From NCBI GenBank assembly GCA_002304735.1, contig DBIU01000015.1, positions 13,314 to 77,313 on the forward strand: 64,000 nt of DNA, given 5' to 3'. The notes under the pieces were generated by a model. The model worked only from the letters and a program-made list of their open reading frames with translations, did not search any database and was not told the origin of the DNA. Positions 9,600-18,259 of the stretch are shown one piece after another; the first letter of the stretch is position 1; the number at the start of each line of letters is the position of its first letter. The translations under genes and the position numbers were made by a program. This stretch comes from Ruminococcaceae bacterium UBA794 (lineage in GTDB: Bacteria; Bacillota; Clostridia; Oscillospirales; Ruminococcaceae).

Positions 9600-10412
9600 T
9601 CACTTCTCGCATTGAGCGAGAACTGTAATGCATTTTCTCGGACAAGCCGCCGCGCAGTCGCCGCAGCCGTCGCACTTCGAGTAGTCGATTGACGCGTGAT
9701 TATCGCTGACGGAAATCGCGCCGTTCGGGCATTTTTTCTCGCAGATTTTGCAGCCTATGCAGCTATTCTTGCAGACGTCCTTTGCGACTTTGCCGGGGTC
9801 TTTAGACGAACAGCGAACGTCAACCTTCTGCGCTGCGGGACGAATGACGATAAGGTGGTTGGGGCAAGCCTCGACGCACTTTCCGCACGCGCCGCACTTC
9901 GACGGGTTGACAACGGCGACGCCGTTGATAATCGAAATCGCGTCGTTCGTACAGACGGCAGCGCAGTCGCCGTAACCGTCGCAGCCGGTGCGGCAGTTTT
10001 TGTTGCCGTTGTAGAAGCGCTCGACAGCGTGACAGCTCGGCGTGCCGATAAACTCGTATCTGTCCTCGACAGCGCCCTTGCAGCCGTTACAGCGGACAAA
10101 CGCGGCTTCCCTGACGGTTTCGAGAGCCTCCGTTCCCATAATCTCGGCAACCTTCTTCGCAGCCTCCGCGCCGCCGGGCTTGCACTTGTTCGTCGGAGCG
10201 CCGCCCTCGGCGACAGCCTTTGCGTAGTCCGCGCAGCCCGCGTATCCGCAGGCGCCGCAGTTCGCGTTCGGAAGCGCCTCGGTAATTCTGGCGACGGTTT
10301 CGTCCTCCTCAACGGAGAGGAATTTTGTCGCAAGAACGACAATTCCGCCCGCAGCAGCGCCGATTGCCGTGAAAATAAGCACGGGAAGAATATAGGTCAT
10401 AAAAATTTCCAT
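9600..10412 (-). CDS. rnfB: Rnf electron transport complex subunit B
   Basis: N-terminal TM, LPNANCGACGYAGC, multiple CxxCxxCxxxCP ferredoxin motifs. Confidence 0.95.
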   Translation of the reverse strand: MEIFMTYILPVLIFTAIGAAAGGIVVLATKFLSVEEDETVARITEALPNANCGACGYAGCADYAKAVAEGGAPTNKCKPGGAEAAKKVAEIMGTEALETVREAAFVRCNGCKGAVEDRYEFIGTPSCHAVERFYNGNKNCRTGCDGYGDCAAVCTNDAISIINGVAVVNPSKCGACGKCVEACPNHLIVIRPAAQKVDVRCSSKDPGKVAKDVCKNSCIGCKICEKKCPNGAISVSDNHASIDYSKCDGCGDCAAACPRKCITVLAQCEK

Positions 10413-10424
10413 CTCGACCCTCCT

Positions 10425-11030
10425 TTAGGCAATGCCGAAAATGCCGTCTACAAGACCGCCAAATCCCACGAACGACAGCGAAACTATCGACGCGGCGACA
10501 AGGGTAATCGGCATTCCCGTGAAAGCCTTCGGAACGTTGCAGCGCTCGAGTCTGCCGCGAACTCCCGAGAAAATCAGCATTGCAATCATAAAGCCAAGAC
10601 CGCCGCCGAGCGCGCAGACGACGCTCTCGAGGAAGTTGTAGCCGTTGTCGAGGTTCAGAAGCGTAACGCCGAGAACCGCGCAGTTTGTCGTGATAAGCGG
10701 GAGGTAAACGCCGAGCGACTTGTAAAGCGCGGGAATGTATTTCTTCAGCACCATTTCGATGAGCTGAACCAGAACCGCGATTATCATAATGAACAAAATC
10801 GTGTTGAGGTAAGTCAGCCCCAGCGGAACGAGGAAGAAGTAGTAAAGCGGCCAAGTTACTGCCGTTGCGATAACCATAACCGCAGTAACCGCGCAGCCCA
10901 TTCCGAGCGAGCCGGAAGTCGTTTTCGAAACTCCGAGGAACGGGCAGATACCCATAAATTTCGAGAGAACGAAGTTATCCGTGAGTATTCCCGTAAGGAG
11001 AATAATCATCATACTTTTTGCAAGCTCCAT
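10425..11030 (-). CDS. rnfA: Rnf complex subunit A
   Basis: NFVLSKFMGICPFLGVSK, LGVYLPLITTNCAVLG. Confidence 0.96.
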   Translation of the reverse strand: MELAKSMMIILLTGILTDNFVLSKFMGICPFLGVSKTTSGSLGMGCAVTAVMVIATAVTWPLYYFFLVPLGLTYLNTILFIMIIAVLVQLIEMVLKKYIPALYKSLGVYLPLITTNCAVLGVTLLNLDNGYNFLESVVCALGGGLGFMIAMLIFSGVRGRLERCNVPKAFTGMPITLVAASIVSLSFVGFGGLVDGIFGIA

Positions 11031-11782
11031 TAATTATCCTCCCCTTTCTTTTCAGCGGTAATCTCAGCCGGCTTTTCAACGTTCGCCTTGATAACGCCGC
11101 TTTCGGCGGAAGTATCCGCGCAGGCGCTTATGCAGGAGCTTTTATTCGGGCAGGCGGCGCAGCCTGTCGCCTCGGGAGGTTTGCGATGAGAAATCTTGTT
11201 TACAAGCGCGATTACGCAGCCCAGCACGAAAAATCCTCCTGCGGGAAGCACGAAAAGCGTCATCGGCTGAATAAAATCGGGGCAGATTGTGATTGCGAAA
11301 TCCGTTCCCGCAAACCAAGTTCCCGAGCCTAAAATCTCGCGTATCGAACCCATAGCAAACAGCGCGAGCGTAAATCCGACGCCCATTCCAAGACCGTCCA
11401 AAGCGGAAGCGCCAACGTTGTTTTTGGAGGCGAACATCTCCGCTCTGCCGAGGATAATGCAGTTTACCGTGATAAGCGGCAGATAAATTCCGAGCGCGTC
11501 GTAAACGGGCGGAACATACGCCTGCAAAAGAAGCTGAATAAGCGTAACAAATCCCGCAATAACGACTATGTAGCAAGGCAGTCGGACAGATTTCGGGATA
11601 ATATTCTTAAGAAGCGAAATAACGACGTTTGAACAGACGAGAACGAAAGTCGCCGCGACGCCCATTCCTATCGCGTTGAACGCCATTGTCGTAATCGCGA
11701 GCGTCGGGCACATTCCAAGCAGCGACACAAGCGTGGGGTTCTCTTTGATAAGACCCTTCGTAAATTCCTTCATATAGCTCAC
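11030..11782 (-). CDS. rnfE: Rnf complex subunit E
   Basis: ENPTLVSLLGMCPTLA, LPLITVNCIILGRAE, LPAGGFF. Confidence 0.96.
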   Translation of the reverse strand: MSYMKEFTKGLIKENPTLVSLLGMCPTLAITTMAFNAIGMGVAATFVLVCSNVVISLLKNIIPKSVRLPCYIVVIAGFVTLIQLLLQAYVPPVYDALGIYLPLITVNCIILGRAEMFASKNNVGASALDGLGMGVGFTLALFAMGSIREILGSGTWFAGTDFAITICPDFIQPMTLFVLPAGGFFVLGCVIALVNKISHRKPPEATGCAACPNKSSCISACADTSAESGVIKANVEKPAEITAEKKGEDN

Positions 11783-12375
11783 CTGAAATCACCTCCAAAC
11801 GCGTTGTAAGCGCCGAGCGCAATATTGACCGCCTTTGCCACGCCCTTTGACGAGAAGGTCGCGGAAGTAACAGCGTTTACTTCGTTGTCGGCGGGATTAG
11901 GCTTGTTTTTGACGATAGTAACCTCGCCCGTCTTATTCTTGAAGTTGGCGAGCCAGTCGGGGTCGTCTGTGTTTGTGCCAAGACCGGGGGTTTCCTCGCC
12001 TACCGACACAATCGCAACTCCAAAAACCGCTCCGTCCTTAACGCCGACCATAATGTCAAAGCCGCTCTTATAGCCCTTGACAACGCAGTCGAACGCAAGC
12101 GAACCGTCGCTCTTTTTGATAACCTTTGTAAGCCCCGAAATATTGCAGGCTTTGTTTCCGTCCTTATCGACGTCAACAAGCGCGTCGGGATATTCATTTA
12201 CCGGGATAACCGAGTATTCTCCCTCGCCGTAAATCTGCGTAACGGCGGCAAGCTGCTTGTCGGTAACAACGGTTGACGTATCAATATAAGTCATATTGTA
12301 CACGACAATGACAAGCGCCGAGATAATCGCAATAATAATCGCGGGGATAAGGATAGGCTTGATTTTTTGGTTCAT
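11779..12375 (-). CDS. rnfG: Rnf complex subunit G (FMN-binding)
   Basis: N-terminal TM, ETPGLG, VNAVTSATFSS flavinylation motif. Confidence 0.92.
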   Translation of the reverse strand: MNQKIKPILIPAIIIAIISALVIVVYNMTYIDTSTVVTDKQLAAVTQIYGEGEYSVIPVNEYPDALVDVDKDGNKACNISGLTKVIKKSDGSLAFDCVVKGYKSGFDIMVGVKDGAVFGVAIVSVGEETPGLGTNTDDPDWLANFKNKTGEVTIVKNKPNPADNEVNAVTSATFSSKGVAKAVNIALGAYNAFGGDFR

Positions 12376-13343
12376 TCCGCTTTGCCCTCCTTTTTCGGTT
12401 TAATTCCGCCAAAGGGCTTCGCCGCGGTAAATCTGTCGATAAGCGGCGTAAGGCAGTTCATCACGAGGATTGAGAACGAAACGCCCTCGGGGTAATTCGC
12501 GAACTGTCTGATAAGGAACGTGATAAGTCCGCAGCCTACCGCGAAAATAATCTTGCCCTTGTCGGTCATCGGAGTTGTGGAGTAGTCGGTCGCCATAAAG
12601 AACGCGCCGAGAACAAGACCGCCGCCCATAACCTGATAAGCGACATAATTGAGGTCGAAGCCGCCGCTTATGAACGACAAAACCGCAACCGTTCCGATGA
12701 AGCAAATCGGTGTAATCGGTCTGATGACGCCGCGGATTATGAGGTAAATTCCGCCGAGAAGCAGCGCCGCCGTGCAGGTTTCGCCAAGACAGCCGCCGCG
12801 AACGCCGAGAAGCATATCCATAAGCGAGGGAAGCGAACCTTCGCCCGAAGAAATCACACCGAGCGGCGTTGCGGAAGTCATCGCGTCCGTGCCGCCCTTA
12901 AGCCACGCAAACGGCTCGGTCCAAGTCGTCATAGCCGCGGTAAACGAGAGCATAAGCACAATTCTCGCGGTAATCGCGGGGTTTGCGAAGTTCTGCCCTA
13001 TACCGCCGAACAGGCATTTTACGATAACGATAGCGACAAAACAGCCGATAACCGCCATATAAATCGGCAAATCAACGGGCAGATTGAACGAAAGAATAAT
13101 TCCCGTCACAATCGCGGATAAATCCGAAACGGTTCCCGGCTTTTTCACAATTTTGTTGAACAAAAACTCAAAAAGCACGCAGCTAGCCACGCAAACCGCC
13201 GTCAAAACAGCCGCCTTATAGCCGAAAAGCACAATGCTTGCGATAAGCGCGGGACAAAGCGCGATAATCACGTCAAGCATAATATTTTTGGTTGTGCGTG
13301 AGCTGCGGATATGAGGCGACGCCTCAACAAACAATTTATTCAT
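12372..13343 (-). CDS. rnfD: Rnf complex subunit D
   Basis: SPHIRS, FGGIGQNFANPA, TSATPL, GGCLGET, FFMATDY, YPEGVSF. Confidence 0.96.
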   Translation of the reverse strand: MNKLFVEASPHIRSSRTTKNIMLDVIIALCPALIASIVLFGYKAAVLTAVCVASCVLFEFLFNKIVKKPGTVSDLSAIVTGIILSFNLPVDLPIYMAVIGCFVAIVIVKCLFGGIGQNFANPAITARIVLMLSFTAAMTTWTEPFAWLKGGTDAMTSATPLGVISSGEGSLPSLMDMLLGVRGGCLGETCTAALLLGGIYLIIRGVIRPITPICFIGTVAVLSFISGGFDLNYVAYQVMGGGLVLGAFFMATDYSTTPMTDKGKIIFAVGCGLITFLIRQFANYPEGVSFSILVMNCLTPLIDRFTAAKPFGGIKPKKEGKAE

Positions 13344-13353
13344 CACGTCCACC

Positions 13354-14652
13354 TCACTTCTTCGGAGCTGTCGCCGCGCGCAGGAAATCCTTTGCGAGCT
13401 GGTTTTTCTCGGCGAGATTTCTCTTAGCGGGACAGACAAAGCTGCAAGCTCCGCAGTTCATACAAAGATTTACTTTAAGCCGCTGAAGCTCCTTAACATC
13501 GCGCGCGTCGAAAGCCTGTTCAAGCTCGGTCGGCATAAGATTAGCCGCGCACGCCCTTACGCATCTTCCGCAGCGTATACAAGCCGTGGGCTGAACCGCC
13601 GCTGTATCTCCGAAAAGAAGCACAGCGTTGTTTGTTTTTCCGAGGGGAGTATCGGGGTCGAAAGCGCACGAACCCATCATCGGACCGCCGAGGACGATTC
13701 TGTCGGGCTGCTTTCTCACGTCCGCAAAGCCGACAATGCTGTGAAGCAGCGTTCCAACGGGAATAAAGAAATTCGCGGGATTGTTGACGATATTGCCGTC
13801 AATTGTAATTCTGCGGCGGATAAGCGGAACACCCGTCTTTATGTAGCCATAAATAAATCCCGCCGTAGAAACGTTCATAACCATACAGCCAACGTCCGAA
13901 GGAAGCTTTCCTTCCTCGACGACGCGTCCCGTAAGCGAATGAACAAGCACCTTTTCAGCGCCCTGAGGATACGCGCCGGGAAGCTTCTGAACTTTTATGT
14001 TCGGATAACGCACGCAAAGCTTCGTGAGCTTGTCGATAGCGTTGAGCTTATCCTCCTCGATACCGATAATCGCCTTCGGAATTTCAAGCTTTCTCATAAT
14101 GAGGTCAATTCCCGCGAGAACATTGTCGGAATTTTCCATAAGCTCGCGGTAATCGCTTGTGATATACGGCTCGCACTCTGCGCCGTTAAGGAGAAGATAC
14201 TCGATTTTCACCTTTTCGCGGTCATAGGCGAGCTTAACGTGCGTTGGGAAACCCGCGCCGCCAAGTCCAACTGCGCCGCTCTCGCGCACAGCCTTGATGA
14301 AATCCTCGCGCGAGTCGATTTTCGGCGGCTCAAGCTCCTCGAACATCTCGTTTTTGTTGTCGTTTTCGATAACGACGGTCTTGCACAACCGGCCGGCAAC
14401 GCTCATAACGTCGCGTATTTCCTTAACGACGCCGCTTACCGAAGCGTGAATGGGCGCGGACATAAAAGCCTCGCTGTCGCCTATTTTCTGACCCATTTTC
14501 ACCTTATCGCCGACAGCGACGCAAGGCTCGCAGGGAGCGCCGATATGCTGTGCCATACTTATGGCGACAACTTCGGGCGCGGGAATTTTTCTCGTCGACT
14601 GCTCGGACGACGCGCTGAAATGCGGAAGTCTGACAGAATGCAGCTTTGACAA
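13354..14652 (-). CDS. rnfC: Rnf complex subunit C
   Basis: QHIGAP, GLGGAGFPTHVK, NGAECEPYITSD, CIRCGRC and CMNCGACSFVCP. Confidence 0.96.
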   Translation of the reverse strand: MSKLHSVRLPHFSASSEQSTRKIPAPEVVAISMAQHIGAPCEPCVAVGDKVKMGQKIGDSEAFMSAPIHASVSGVVKEIRDVMSVAGRLCKTVVIENDNKNEMFEELEPPKIDSREDFIKAVRESGAVGLGGAGFPTHVKLAYDREKVKIEYLLLNGAECEPYITSDYRELMENSDNVLAGIDLIMRKLEIPKAIIGIEEDKLNAIDKLTKLCVRYPNIKVQKLPGAYPQGAEKVLVHSLTGRVVEEGKLPSDVGCMVMNVSTAGFIYGYIKTGVPLIRRRITIDGNIVNNPANFFIPVGTLLHSIVGFADVRKQPDRIVLGGPMMGSCAFDPDTPLGKTNNAVLLFGDTAAVQPTACIRCGRCVRACAANLMPTELEQAFDARDVKELQRLKVNLCMNCGACSFVCPAKRNLAEKNQLAKDFLRAATAPKK

Positions 14653-14683
14653 AATTCACCATTCCTTTCAATTGTTTTACAGT

Positions 14684-14842
14684 GGGTCACCTCTAAAAAC
14701 CTTGTTTGAGTGAAAATGCGCATAGCACGCCAACTGCTTCGGCAAGTCTCCTCGTAAGGCATACAGCCTTACTTCGTCGGCTTTTCTCGCATTAGGCGCA
14801 CTCTACCCATTTTCACTTTTCAAACCGGTTTTTGAGGTTCCC
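14684..14842. mobile_element. MITE-like non-coding element with about 35-bp imperfect terminal inverted repeats
   Basis: Left GGGTCACCTCTAAAAACCTTGTTTGAGTGAAAATG versus reverse complement of right GGGAACCTCAAAAACCGGTTTGAAAAGTGAAAATG; internal hairpin GTAAGGC-ATACA-GCCTTAC. Confidence 0.6.
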
Positions 14843-14871
14843 AGAATAAAACCTGTTTTACTCAAAACTTA

Positions 14872-14897
14872 ACCCGCCGCTTGACCAAACGGCGGGT
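14872..14897 (-). terminator. Hairpin downstream of the 1087-aa gene
   Basis: ACCCGCCG-N10-CGGCGGGT with weak U-tract on the minus strand. Confidence 0.5.
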
Positions 14898-14923
14898 CTT
14901 GATAGCAGATATTATGCGAAAAA

Positions 14924-17900
14924 TCACATTTCAAGCGCTCCGAAATCCATATCCTGTTCTTCCTCGCCAACCATAGGCTCGGTTTTCGGGCGATTATTGG
15001 GGCGCTTATCGGGAACGCTCGGCGCGTCCTTGCGCTCGGCGGGATTTGTCGGCTGAACCGTCGGAACCTCCGTGCGCTGCTGAACGGGCTTTTTCTCCTC
15101 CGCAGACTGACGCGGCGCGGGAGCGGGATTTGTGTTGTCCTCAAACCACTTTGCAGCCATCATCGGCGAAAGAACCACGTCAAACGTTTCGGGAGCGCCG
15201 TCATAAACGGTTTCGAGAACTGTGTTGCCCTTCTTATCCGGCTCGCAGACGTCATAGCTTACCTGCTTGCGGTATTTAATGCGGACATAGAGAAATTCGG
15301 GCGGAATAACGTCGACTTCCTTAACTTCCTCAAGCCACAGGAACGGGCTCATACCGCCGATTGAAATATCGTCGATAAGCCACCCCGCGACAGCGGCAGC
15401 GTCGTTTCTGCACAAATAGAGCGAGAACCTAAACTTCTTCTCTTTGTCGTCGTCGATAATACCGACTGAAATCGTCTTAACAACAAAGCTGTTGAGAACG
15501 CCCGTTTCATAGCCGCAGCACGGACAAATTCCGCCGTAGCCGTAAAGCTTCGCGTTTATATCGCGCGCGAAATAATATCCGTAAACTCTGGGATTGAGGC
15601 GCTCATATGGAGCAATTCTCCTCACTTCTCTGAGCATATAGTCAAACTCATTGCGCTTGATTGAAGGCACGGGCTTGAAATAATACGGCATCTGGTCGAT
15701 GAGAACAAGGTTGGGGTCCTCTGTTCCCGAGTAAAGGTTGTGAAGCAGGTTGTTGTTCTCACCCGTAAGGAGGAACTCGACATATCCCGCATATTTCGCC
15801 TTTGAAAGGCCGTCGCGCAGGATAATGTATCTCGCGGATTTCTCCGCGTCCGCCTTAGCGATGGGCGCGTCCATACCGACAATCTTCATCAGCCTGTTGT
15901 TCGCGTCAAGGAGAGCAATCTTGTCAATTCCGAGGTCGCAGACGAAGATTTTCTTAAGCATAGCCTCGACGGCGACGGCTGACTTACATTCGGGCAGCGC
16001 CGACATAATATCCTCCGGGTCGAAAGTAAATCTTCCCGAGGAATAGTTGAAGTCGAACACGCGTCCGTTAAACAGCCCGCTTTCAATCAGCGAATAAACA
16101 TCTCCGACGATTTCAAGCAAATCGCTGTTGGTGATATTCGGGGGAATCATAAACTGCTTTCGGTAAACGGAGAAGCGATAGCGCTTGTTTATATCGAGCG
16201 TGAGGTTAATCTCGCCGCCCTGGCGCTTAACCTCCTTGAGGAACGTTATGGTATCCTTTCCTATCGTGAAGGAGTTTACCATAAGCGTAACGACCTGATT
16301 GAAAATCTGATGATTTTCAAATCTCATCTCGTGCGCCTCAAGGACGTCGCAAGCCTTTTTGAGGTTCTTTATGTTGATTTTTGAGATTTCAAACTGAATT
16401 TGAGCTGTTCCGGAGGTAATCACGAACTGGAAGTATTTCATCGCAATTCTGTAATTCTCGCCGAACATCTCGTCAACAACGGCAAATGCGTCTGCGAGGG
16501 AATTTTCGTCCTCGACCATACCGTTCTTGATGCAGTCGTCAAGCTTCAGGCTGATTATGCTCTTAAAGCCCGCGCCAAGCTCATAATCCTTGACTCTCTT
16601 GCCGCCGTCGGACGCCATAAGGAACTCTTTCCCGTCCTTGTAGAACTTATAGAGATATTCCTCGCCGCCCTCGTCCGTTCCGGGGACGTCCCAGCGATAC
16701 TTTGCAAGAAGCGCGTGGTTAACGTCCTTGCCGTACCAGCTGTTCATCTGCTCGATATCCTGTTCGAGAGCCTTTCTTGCGCTTCCGTCCTCGTGTTCCT
16801 CCTTGGAAACGTTGGTGCGCTCGGTGAAATAGCCGTTCCTGCGGACAGCCTCGAAATTAACAGGCTCGCTTCCGTCGGGGAAAACGATGGAAACGCTGTT
16901 TCCGAATTTCTCGCGCAGACCCTTTACAATCGTGCTTGTATTCACATAATTGTAGAAGAACTTGAAAACGTACTGCTTGGGGCTGAGCATATAGTAGCCC
17001 GGCATATTCGGGTTTTCCGGCATATCGAGTACAAACAGATGCTTATATTCCTCGGCAACCGTGAGAATACCATGCTCAATTTTTTCCGCGCATTTTTCAA
17101 GCGAGTCGTACTTGATGCCCGAGCGGTTGTTTGTAATATATTTATTAGGAACGGATACGAAAAATGCCGAAAGCTTTTCGTCGACAAAATCGGGGCTTTC
17201 CGCCTTAACGAAGCCGGTAAGCTCGAAAGTCGAGAAATAGTTGTATTTCGACATCAAAACCTTTCCCGCTTCAACCTTTGCGCCGGAAATAGCGTAAGGA
17301 ACGAGATAAGTGAAACCGTCGTATTCCGCGCTGATAAAGTCCGCGACGCTCTTTCCGTTTTCGGAGAAGCGAACCTTGCGGATATCTTCGGGAGTACGCT
17401 GATGATGCTGAATTTTATAGACGACTTCGGGCTTGCCGTAGTTGATTACGGCAATGTTAAACGCTCTGTCAACACATTCTTCCTCGTCAGTCGACTTGAG
17501 ATTTTTCTTTCTGATAAACGCAAAGCAAAGGTCCACCATATTGATGTAAGAACCCTTTTTGCTTGTAAGCGTAACAAGATTTTCGTGAAGAGCCGCCTGC
17601 TCGTTTTCGGGGAGCGCGAAAATAATCTCCGTGTGATTAAACTGATTGCCGTTAAGCTCAAGTTCGCGCACCTTAAGAGTACCCTCGTCGTTGACAACGC
17701 GCAGCGAATAGGTATTCGAGCGCATCTTAAACCAATCGACGTTTGTGAAAACGCTCTTTGCGCCCAAACCGAAACGCCCCTCGCGCTTTCTGTCGCCGTC
17801 GTTTCTGCCGACGGAGAGATAGTAGAACATCTGTTCAAGCCTAAATCCCGTTTCGTTGTAGGTGAGCTTGACCTGACCCTCGTCGAGGAACTCAATCATC

Positions 17901-18187
17901 ACCTTGATGTTCGGCTCGTCGTAATCGCAGCCGAACACGTTCTGAAGCAATTCGCGGATAATGGACTCGCGCGGATAATCCTTTGCAAGTCCCGCCATAT
18001 TAATAGCGCCGCGGCCTGCGTACATATTGTTGAAATAATCCTTGAACAAATCGCTTTCAAGCTCGCCCGAACGCACCTTGCCGTCGATTTCGCTTACGAC
18101 AGCCTTAACGCCGTCCTTATCGCCGGCGGTATTTCGCTCGAAGAAATCGCCGAGCAGCTTTTCAACCGTTTCATAGCCTTCGCTCAT
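14924..18187 (-). CDS. Large protein with N-terminal sacsin/GHKL-type ATPase and C-terminal degenerate HNH/Zn-ribbon-like region
   Basis: IIRELLQN (N box), YNETGF, GRFGLGAKSVF (G2 box), HTEIIF; C-terminal YGGICPCCG...LYLCRND. Confidence 0.75.
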   Translation of the reverse strand: MSEGYETVEKLLGDFFERNTAGDKDGVKAVVSEIDGKVRSGELESDLFKDYFNNMYAGRGAINMAGLAKDYPRESIIRELLQNVFGCDYDEPNIKVMIEFLDEGQVKLTYNETGFRLEQMFYYLSVGRNDGDRKREGRFGLGAKSVFTNVDWFKMRSNTYSLRVVNDEGTLKVRELELNGNQFNHTEIIFALPENEQAALHENLVTLTSKKGSYINMVDLCFAFIRKKNLKSTDEEECVDRAFNIAVINYGKPEVVYKIQHHQRTPEDIRKVRFSENGKSVADFISAEYDGFTYLVPYAISGAKVEAGKVLMSKYNYFSTFELTGFVKAESPDFVDEKLSAFFVSVPNKYITNNRSGIKYDSLEKCAEKIEHGILTVAEEYKHLFVLDMPENPNMPGYYMLSPKQYVFKFFYNYVNTSTIVKGLREKFGNSVSIVFPDGSEPVNFEAVRRNGYFTERTNVSKEEHEDGSARKALEQDIEQMNSWYGKDVNHALLAKYRWDVPGTDEGGEEYLYKFYKDGKEFLMASDGGKRVKDYELGAGFKSIISLKLDDCIKNGMVEDENSLADAFAVVDEMFGENYRIAMKYFQFVITSGTAQIQFEISKINIKNLKKACDVLEAHEMRFENHQIFNQVVTLMVNSFTIGKDTITFLKEVKRQGGEINLTLDINKRYRFSVYRKQFMIPPNITNSDLLEIVGDVYSLIESGLFNGRVFDFNYSSGRFTFDPEDIMSALPECKSAVAVEAMLKKIFVCDLGIDKIALLDANNRLMKIVGMDAPIAKADAEKSARYIILRDGLSKAKYAGYVEFLLTGENNNLLHNLYSGTEDPNLVLIDQMPYYFKPVPSIKRNEFDYMLREVRRIAPYERLNPRVYGYYFARDINAKLYGYGGICPCCGYETGVLNSFVVKTISVGIIDDDKEKKFRFSLYLCRNDAAAVAGWLIDDISIGGMSPFLWLEEVKEVDVIPPEFLYVRIKYRKQVSYDVCEPDKKGNTVLETVYDGAPETFDVVLSPMMAAKWFEDNTNPAPAPRQSAEEKKPVQQRTEVPTVQPTNPAERKDAPSVPDKRPNNRPKTEPMVGEEEQDMDFGALEM

Positions 18188-18259
18188 TACAAAACCCCTC
18201 TTCTCCGCGCTGTTTCTCGGATAGTCCCGCGCGGAAGGTTAATCTGCGGCAATTTGCCG

